From Octopus sinensis (taxonomy: Eukaryota), in NCBI RefSeq assembly GCF_006345805.1, contig NC_043005.1:91760001-91824000 (forward strand): DNA of 64,000 bases, read 5' to 3'. Positions 54,697-64,000 of the stretch are shown here, in pieces. A program made the position numbers and the translations under genes. A model generated the notes under the pieces. The model did no database searches and had not been told where the DNA came from. It saw only the letters and a program-made list of their open reading frames with translations. Numbering within the stretch: position 1 is the first letter of the stretch; every line of letters starts with the position of its first letter.

Positions 54697-55202
54697 ATGT
54701 GTGTGTGTGTGCATGTGCATATATATATATATATTTGTGTGTGGTGTGTGTATGTATCACCTGTATAGATACTATTATAGACAAAACATATTTGTTACAT
54801 TACTCTTCATCAAAATATGAGACATGAAACCCCTCTCAATACATAGACACACTACATATATACTGTGAAACGTTATTGACAGCATGCTTAGGCATGAACA
54901 TCTCAACATCTTGTATCCTATCTTCTGTAAATCTTATAGTCATCTTTCTGTGTCTAGCCAAAGGTAATTAATATATCGTTTTATTATTAAAATATTCCCA
55001 CTGTTTTTAATTCAAATCCACAATGTTTCAGGTGTATATGTGGGTGTGTGCACATGTGTGTGGGTGTGTGTGCATGTGCTTGGATGTGTATACATGTGTA
55101 TGTATGCATGCATGTGTGTGTGAATTTTTGCATGCAGACGTTTGTGTGTGTGTGTTTACATTTGCTTAGATTTAAATGCATATGTATATATTTATTTATG
55201 CA

Positions 55203-55243
<41 letters not shown>

Positions 55244-55662
55244 ATGTGTTTAGGTGTGTATACATGTACATATGTACATATTTACATTGTGTGTGTGCGA
55301 ATTCTTGCAAGCAAACACCTGTGTGTGTATGTATGCATTTGCATATATGTAAATGCATATATATTTGTGTGTGCATCTGTGTGTAAATTCTTGCCTGCAG
55401 ACATTTTTGGCTGTCTATACAGATGTGTATTAGTTTATATGTTTATGTAATTTGTGTGTACATGTGTGTATGTGTAGCTGTTTATGTATGTGTTGATGTG
55501 TGTGCTTGTACATGCGTCTGTATGTGTGCATGTTTGAATATTGGCAGGTAGACATATGTGTGCATGTGTGTGTGAATGTGTTTGCATGTGTGAATACTTG
55601 TAGACAGACAACTGTGTGTGCATATGTATATGTGTGTGGTTGTATGCATGCTTATATCAATG

Positions 55663-55706
<44 letters not shown>

Positions 55707-57731
55707 TACATACTGTTTCATTTCCTTCTTGGTGTATGGAATAAAGAATTTGTATTATGAATGACTGAAGAATGATGATATTGCCATTAGGTGCCAACAT
55801 GTCGAGTGTAGTGAAATAAAAACAAATTTTGAAAATTACCATCAGCTATTGATTGACCTTCTTAATTTTTCAATAAATAATATTTTATGCAAATATCAAC
55901 TCTATTATTAGTTCATTAAACTTTTTAGTATAATTGTAATATTTTCTTCCTAGCTCTTTGCCTAGCACTTAGCTTGCTTGTTATTCTCTCCCCACTCTCT
56001 CTCTATGTATTTACATACATGTATATATGTATACATATATGTATGTGTGTGTGTACTTGTTTGTTTATATACTTATGTACACATACATACTTGGATCTAT
56101 ATATATGTATATATATATCTATATCTATCTATACATACACACACGCACATCACTATAACATAAATCTGAAAAAGAAGCATACTAAGTTATTGAGTAAAAA
56201 AAATGTGCTTAATCAAATTAGGAACCCCACATCTAAATAACACTTACCCCGCCCTAATTACCCAAAGAAACTAACCAGTCTACCACAGTGACACCTCAAA
56301 CCAGTGAATTCACCAGTGCAAGAACAAAATTTAATGTAAGACTTACTGCCTTTGTTTATATTACCATCACATATGTATCAATTATTTTTGCATCCTAACT
56401 GATGCATCTATCTATATTCTCATTCTGAAGAGATTTACTTACTCCAGTAAATCGAAATGATTGTAAGCGCTACCTTCATCTCTGCTTCCTCCTTCTTTGT
56501 TATCTAATTAAATTAAAGGCATACCAGTGAAAACCACGAGTTTCCCTTGTTATTACATCCATTTTCTTCTCCTACACACACACACACACACATCTATATC
56601 CATCATTAACACCTCACTTATCTGCTATCACCCTCAATGACTTCCCATATCTACTGCAACCCCTTGTCCCTGGGCCTCTCTTATATTTCTCTCCATCATT
56701 TCCCGCAGTCACCTCTGTCCTGTTCAAACCTCTGTACCACCTTACTTATTCTCACCACTCCCAATGTACCCACCAAGGGTATGTCCTGATATATCTTCAC
56801 CAACATCTCTCTTACTATCATTCTGTTTAGCATTCTCTCTGGCTCATCCACTCTCCTTATCTTACTCTCTAACTTTCTCTTCTAATTTGGGTATTCATGT
56901 TTCCACTCTACAGCAAGACATCTATCTCTGCCCCTCTATACCTTTAATTTCTCATTGACTGGCATAAAGCCACCCTGCTCAATACTACTCCCCACTTTTA
57001 GTTGAGGGTTTTTTGCCTTGCAAGTTGCTTGGTGACCCTGTCGGTAATAGTGCCACATAGAAAACACCAAGTACACTCTGTAAAGTGGGTGGTATTAGAA
57101 AGGTCATCTTGCTATGGAAAACAACCCCAAAACAGACAATGGAGCCTGGTAAGGCTCCTGGCCATGCCAGCTCTTGTCAAACTGTCCATCCTATGCCACA
57201 TGGAAGACATTAAATGATGATGATATACTGTTTGTAATTTGAGGCTATCCCTTCATATGCTGTCAATTAAAGATCACAACAATTACAGTACCTTCAACAG
57301 TTTTTCATCTATATATAGTATCTCACAGCATTAAGGATACCAGGGTATATCTGTACTCTTTTTATATTATGGCATGCTTTTTATCCCCCTGTTATCTCTG
57401 AAAACACCAAACCAAACTAAGCCTAGTTATAACCACTCCCATCACGACCTCACTATTTTCTTTTTTCCACCTGTTGAGGAATTGTTCACTGATATAGGCA
57501 CTAATATATGATTCATATGGATGATGTTAGTTGTCAAAGGGAGATGGAACTTGTAGAAGCAGGCCCAAGGTAGATGTAGGAAAAAAATTGGTGAAGACGC
57601 CGAAGATGCAGAATCTCGTGAAAATCTGCCTTAAATTTGCTTTAGCCCCAGGCTGACCAATGCCTTGTGATTGAATTTAGGAGACAGAAACTGAATGGAA
57701 GCCCATTGTGTGTATATATATATATATACAC

Positions 57732-57760
57732 ACTAGCAATGCACCCTGGTGTTGCCCAGG
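57732..57760 (-). mobile_element. Helitron-like 3' terminus
   Basis: Minus strand CCTGG-GCAACA-CCAGG hairpin, 8 nt, then CTAG|T. Confidence 0.45.
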
Positions 57761-58334
57761 TGTTATGACCCACAGCTACATTGTATTATTTGTTCCTTTC
57801 TTTTGAGCAGAATTGGCACATGAGGAGTATGAAGCAAATAACTCTTCTTTACAAAAATTTTTTTCCGTCAGTTTCTTTATGAACAACGCTGCAGTTTCTG
57901 CCTACAAATTCAGTCACAACTCTGTGGTTGGTGTAGGGCCAAAGCACTTATCCAGGGTGCTATGCAGAAGGACTGAATGTGGAAACGTGTGGTTGGGAAA
58001 CAAACTTCTCAGCCACACAGTCATTCTTGCACCTAATAAGTGCGTGTGCATGCCAGGTGCGTGTTTACAGTTGTTGTTAAATTGATTATTGTGTCTGGCA
58101 GAGTTGCCTCCCTTAGCTAAAGACCTCAAAACTGTGCCACCTGACCTCATATATGAGGTTATTTTTGTAGTAAAAAAAGAGTTGTTGTGCAAAAAACATA
58201 CTTTATTTTGTAGCGGAAAGGTTACTGGATCTTTTGATACCTCATACATCAAAATTGGCAAATCAGTTATCGAATCTCTAAGGAACACATGCACACACAC
58301 ACACACACACACACAAACTCTGTTTTATATATTC

Positions 58335-58570
58335 ATCATCATCATCATTTAACGTCCGTTTTCCATGCTAGCATGGGTTGAATGGTTCAACCGGGGTCTG
58401 GTAAGCCATGGAGGCTGCACCAGGCTCCAGTCTGATCTGGCAGTGTTTCTACAGCTGGATGTCCTTCCTAACGCCAACCACTCCGTGAGTGAAGTAGGTG
58501 TTTTTTACGTGCAACCGGCACAGGGGCCAGAGCAGGCTGGCAAACGGCCACGATCGGTTGGTGCTATATT
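58335..58570 (-). mobile_element. RTE-A 3' end fragment
   Basis: (CAT)n plus TTTAACGTCCG...CCATGCTAGCATGGGTTG...CCTTCCTAACGCCAACCACTCC. Confidence 0.75.
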
Positions 58571-59036
58571 TTTGTGTGTGTGCCTGTGTTTGTCCACCCT
58601 CCCACTGCTTGACAACCAGTTAACATGGCCATAACTTAGTGGTTTGGCAAAAGAGGCAAAAGAAAGAGTTAAGTAACAAACTTAAAAAATAAGCACTGGG
58701 TTTGATTTCTTTTACTAAACCCTTGAACGTGGTGCTCCAGCATGGCTCTAGTCCAGTGAATGAAACAAGTAAAAGATAAAAGTTGCATTTCAGTTAAATA
58801 GTTGTTTTCATGTTGGACACGCTTTCACTTTTATAGAATATGGCAAATGGATTCATCAATTTCTAAATATATTCTTCACAGAATACATTTTTACTTAAAA
58901 CCTTTAGTTTGATCTAATTGTGTTGGAAAACTAAAAAAAGTTTATTAACTAATAGAATATCTTTTTATTACGGAGATGTACTTGCATAGCGAGTGACTTG
59001 ATCTGAGATCGTGTGCTGGAATGAAAACAATTGCAG

Positions 59037-59233
59037 CGTGGAAGGTGTTTATCAGCTGTTTAAGAAACACACAAAAACCGTTAGATTCACTACAACATTT
59101 AAATTTAATTTGTCAAAATATTTTCGCCGCTTTGAGACCGCAACCTGTTCACTGACAAAACTTAAATTTAAATGTTGAAGTGAATCTAACGGTTTTTGTG
59201 TGTTTCTTAAATGGCTTATAAACACCTTCCACG
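59037..59233. repeat. Short fold-back element (~80-bp inverted arms)
   Basis: 59037-59115 pairs with 59153-59233 (CGTGGAAGGTGTTTAT.../...ATAAACACCTTCCACG). Confidence 0.8.
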
Positions 59234-59657
59234 TTTTAATTATAAATAAACAAATAAAACAAATATGGTGAGCTGGGAGATTTATTAGACCTTTGGAAAA
59301 AATTGCCTTGTGATATGTCATGTGGCTTTATGTATGAATTAAATTCTGCTGAGGTCTGTTTCACCTTTCATCTTTCTAAGTGTGATAAAACAAAGTAGCA
59401 ATTAAATACTAGAGTAAATAGTACTGAGTGACTACTGCCTCTAGATTAAAAAAATAAATAAAATTGAAGGCCTTAATGAACTGACAGAATTGTTAGAGCA
59501 TCAATTAAAAAATCTTGTTATTTCTTTCAGCTCTCTATATTCTGAGTTCAAATTCCACTGAAGTAAACTTTTCTTTCATCTCAGGGATTGTTTTAATTGA
59601 TAACCTTGTGCCTAAATTAGGAGCAACTGAAAAGAAAATATTTAGCTCATATACAGT

Positions 59658-59966
59658 GGAGGCTCAATGGCCCAGTGGTTAGGGCAGTGAACTCGCGGTC
59701 GTAGGATCGCGGTTTCGATTCCCAGACTGGACGTTGTGAGTGTTTATTGAGCGAAAACACCTAAAGCTCCACGAGGCTCCAGCAGGGGGTTGTGGTGATC
59801 CCTGCTGTACTCTTTTGCCACAACTTTCTCTCACTCTTTCTTCTATTGGGCTGCTCGCTTAGCCAGCGGGGTGGCGTCATTTGAAGGCTAAAACAATGTG
59901 AAGTGCATTGTGACCAGCGATGTGTAGCAACATCTGATAGCCTGGTCGGTCACGTGATCACGTGAT
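59658..59966 (+). mobile_element. Full-length tRNA-derived SINE with an RTE-B-like 3' end
   Basis: TGGCCCAGTGG A-box, GGTTTCGATTCCC B-box, tail (TCACGTGA)2. Confidence 0.85.
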
Positions 59967-60808
59967 TTGGTAATAATATTTTAGTGGATTATAAACTTTT
60001 TTTTGTTTTTCTGTTCAACTGTAGGTTGAATAGGTTTGGGTAATGGTTTCTGGTACTATCTTTTTGATTTTAAATATTTCAATTACTTGCAATTTTTAAA
60101 TATGCTTTTTTACTCAGGGCTTTATTTATTTAAATAGTTATAAAAGTTCACCTGCAACTTCAAGAAGTTGTAAGATTGTACTCCTTCATTTTATTCCCAT
60201 ATTAGATTTGGATTTCCATCTTATTTATCATGGACTTTATTCTCCTCGTATGAGTTGTTTGCCCAGTTATAGTGAGGATGCATGACCTAGTGATTTGGGT
60301 GTTGCACTTGTGATCAATACCATTGTGGTCTTGATCACCAGACAGAGTAGTGTGTTGTGTGCTTGAGCAAGACACTTCATTTCACTTTGATCTGTGATCT
60401 CTTCAACATCTTATGTGTAGCACACCAGCCTCTATACATGCAATGTCAATTTGATGGAGGCAATGAGCTCATGTACGGCACAAACATATGATCACTGTAA
60501 AGGAATTATCTGTGCAGGCTGTTCAGCAAGAACTTGCAGAATCATCTGTCTGGCACTCAAGAGACTACCACCAACAACCCACTTAGGTATAAATTTTAGA
60601 AGAAAGTATATTGTAAGATTTCTCCATCATCAAATTACATAGCTATCGTAAGTAATAAAGAACTAACCCATAACTACTATATGTTGAAGAATTAGGAAAT
60701 ATATTGCTTAATGGCCTCTGTCATATTAAACTATTACTGATTAAAGGAATGCACACATATGGCAGCCATCTTAGACAATCAATATTAATGTCTGACAGAG
60801 GCTAATAT

Positions 60809-60822
60809 GTTACCATAGCAAC
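60809..60822. promoter_or_regulatory. RFX X-box-like palindrome
   Basis: GTTACCATAGCAAC matches GTHNYY-AT-RRNAAC; flanked by an 8-bp inverted repeat CTGACAGA/TCTGTCAG. Confidence 0.25.
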
Positions 60823-61643
60823 ACCACATCTGTCAGTAAACTATGTTAAATATTTCCACAGTATATCAATTCTATTTCCCTAAAATTCATAAAAAAATTA
60901 TGTTCGTGACCAAAATAAGTATTTTTTGCCTCAATCTGTATTGATTCCTTATGTTTGCACATTATCACAAATTTGCAAGAGAAGGGTGTGATTAATTAAG
61001 TCAGCTCTTGTATATGTTTGGTTCTTATTTCATTGACACTGGAGGGATAATAATGAAAGTTGGTCCCTAGTAAAATTTGAAATCAGAATCAGAATGTAGA
61101 TGATGCCACTAAACACTAAGGAGTATCATCTGGTGCTTAATATTCTTTTCATTCCTCCACCAGCATTTCTCTGTTGTAATTCTTTTCCACTTTATTAGAT
61201 GCCGGTGCCAAAGTTGGTAAGATGCCAAACTTAGCACCTTAGTGTACAAAATATATTATGAGCTATAAATAGTAAAGTTACATAAGAAGAGGTTCTTGTA
61301 AATCTATTGACATTGGTATTGTTGTAAGACATGGGTGCAGACATGACTGTATAGTTCAGAAGTTTAATTGGAAACCATGTGCTTTCATCTTCTCTCCCAT
61401 TGTAGGGGTGCTTTGAATGAACCAGGATCTTTAACCAGTGTCTTGTAAGTGAAGTTTGGGAGACAAAACCTGTGCAGAAGCCTTGTGTGTGTGTGTGATT
61501 GACAGAGTTGTTGCAGTATTGGTATGTGTTGTATTTGTTCTGACAGTTGGTACTTTGAGCTCAAATCCCATTGAAATCAACTTTGCCTTTTATTTTTTTA
61601 GGGTTGATAAATAAAGTAGTTTTTTTTTTTTATTTCTCTCCAG

Positions 61644-61726
61644 CTGTTCAAGATCCCTCTAGCTGTCCCACTAGATCAAGATTGGAAAGGCCAAGATGGT
61701 GTCTATGTTTGCTTGCAACTTCATAG
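61644..61726 (+). CDS. Candidate exon (83 nt)
   Basis: Strong T11-ATTTCTCTCCAG| acceptor, weak AG|GTACCT donor; frame 0 LFKIPLAVPLDQDWKGQDGVYVCLQLH, or phase-1 frame AVQDPSSCPTRSRLERPRWCLCLLATS*. Confidence 0.4.
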
Positions 61727-62849
61727 GTACCTCACATAATTAGTGTAAGCATTGGAACATACAACTAAATCACACCTGATTGTGAGTGACTGTCATATTG
61801 TTTACATACACATACTCACACATTTGTATGTGTGTGTGTAACTTTTGCCAATGTAAATAAGTACAGTAAAAGTAAGGAAACTAAAAAGCCGATACTTTGT
61901 GAACAATGCCTTTTGTAATATTTGTGGTACATCAAGTTAGAGACTCCTTTGTTATATTCCCTTCCAAAATTCAATGTATCAGTAATTGACCTTATCGAAA
62001 GCTGTAATTAATAGTATTATTTTTCACAAATTGCAATTTTAAGGAAATGGTAAGGATAGGTTTGAATTTGTCTTCTGTTATGGGAACAAGGTTTTTTTAA
62101 TATTTGTGTAAAGTCATATTCAACAAATTTGAGTCTACTTGGATGTGAGAAGACCATTCACTGCGAAGATAGCCACAGGTGAAAATTCTCTGCTGAAACA
62201 TGTATGGAAACACAAAATGGTCTGTAAATGACATCAATGGATGTGTCCTTTCACTTTGTCAGCTGTGGAAATCAAATCTGTCATTCATTAAATGAAATTA
62301 TTCTTATGAAAACAATTTATGGTATGTATACTAATGTGTGTAAAACTTGGTCAAGCTAGAATTGAATAATGTTACATAAAGCAGCATTGAATGAAATATA
62401 TTTGTGCGGTCATATTTAACACATTCAACTGTACTTGGATATGAGAAACTTCAATGCACAACTGTAAATCATAACAAAGTCACACATCATCAACAGAAAT
62501 AGCTATTTCCTGAAGTCTCACATATAGCAAAACAGATATAGTTATGTAAAAAGAGAAATGTCTAACTTGCTGTTTTCTGTGTGTAAAGGAGTGCTTCTAA
62601 CTGGGTAAGACATTCCATTACTTGACTTATGGATTGTGAGTTCAAAATCTGTTGCAAGCATTTTATTGTGTTTCTAGGCAGAACACTATATTCCACATTA
62701 CTTCAGTTTACTTAGATGTGGGGATAGGTTCTAAGATATCATCATTGGCCTTATTCACACCAAACTCTATAAGCCATCTCAGTATTTTAGCCAAACTCTA
62801 ATTCTGTTTGTAACCTGCATGCAATGGCTGGTGTGTGTGTATGTGTATG

Positions 62850-62882
<33 letters not shown>

Positions 62883-64000
62883 CATGCATGCACAATAATA
62901 TCTACCCCAGATTAAACACCCCTAACACAGAGTATGCATACCTCAATGAGTATTTTCCTTGGCAATTAGGGATTAAGCCTTTGTATTGTTTACTCCTATC
63001 TAAAGACATTGTTAAAATAAAAACAAAATACTTATTCAAAAGAAGAAGGGTAACATCCATGACCTTCTCTAAGATCTCCAAGACTGGTGAGAAGTAGTTA
63101 TTTTGAGATTGGAGACCTGGTGTGAAAATTTGCAGCAGAATATACTCTGGTAAAGGAGCTGAGGGGCTAGTTGGTGACATTTAATCAGGTGGTACATTAA
63201 GTTTATCACCCAAGGACAAAAATGATTCCTTCAGTGGATTTCCATTCAGTTTCCATCTATCAAATTTCACTCACTAGGCTTTGGTCAACCCCTAAGCTAT
63301 GATGGAAGACACTTGCCAAGGAATTGAACCTGAAACCGTAGTAAACTTCTTATCCACACAACTATGCTTAAAGCAGGAAATAGTTATATTGCAGTAATTT
63401 TGTTAAAACTATTTTTCTTATCTTTTGTTAACCATTATAAAAAAGGTAGAAGTGCTACTTCAGTTGCACCCCACCTCCCAATACCTTGTACTTTTTTTAA
63501 TTAACCATAAGAAAATAAAAGTTGACCAAGGTGAGAACTTGAAAATTGGCTCTCTACTTTGTTACTAGTAAAAAACAATACTGCACTGCCAGCTTATTTC
63601 TATGTCATGTCAAATAATAAATATTTGAGTAATTGACTAATTCTGCTTTAAAATGAAATTTAGTTTACAAACTGAGACATATTCAGATTTGTCTATTTTA
63701 CATTATGTTCTGCAAACTTGGGCAAGTTATAACTGATTTGAAGCCAAAGACGTGAAGTGCTTCACAATGATATGCTGTGGAGTTAATAATACATGCTTTC
63801 TTCCAAGTTAGATACGCAGATATGATGAATAATCCACTGAGTTACTTTCATTGCTTTGTCATTTCACTTCATGATATTTATAGTTAATACAAGATATATT
63901 GTGCAGATAATTACCTGTAAGTTTTTATAAATGCACTTGTTTCATCTCTTTTTTATATAATGTTGACTTTTTAAATTCATGAATTAAAATGATTTCATGA

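Noticed and set aside
59658-59730. tRNA gene
   Set aside because: A and B boxes belong to a SINE head followed by SINE body; no cloverleaf with terminator. The same holds for the other SINE heads

Overview
Eukaryotic, very AT-rich and repeat-dominated window. The repeat families and the huge (TA)n/(TATG)n/(CA)n arrays point to an Octopus (cephalopod) genome; this is an inference. No complete protein-coding gene is present. About 6.8-33.8 kb is a nest of retroelements embedded in microsatellite arrays: at least five Penelope-like element (PLE) pieces carrying seven minimal hammerhead-ribozyme motifs, two CR1-clade LINEs, two RTE-clade LINEs and a tandem array of an RTE 3' UTR. The rest holds many tRNA-derived SINEs, a decayed Tc1/mariner, piggyBac-type and fold-back MITEs, a 20-21 bp minisatellite and a few isolated candidate + strand exons of an unidentified gene with long introns. 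The most notable signals are: PLE hammerheads with a compensatory U3-A8 core in two families; a non-coding hammerhead-bearing partial-tandem element (retrozyme-like); 28-29 nt inverted fillers at PLE 5' junctions; and two SINE/LINE pairs that share 3' ends. Almost all ORFs in the supplied track are microsatellite artefacts.
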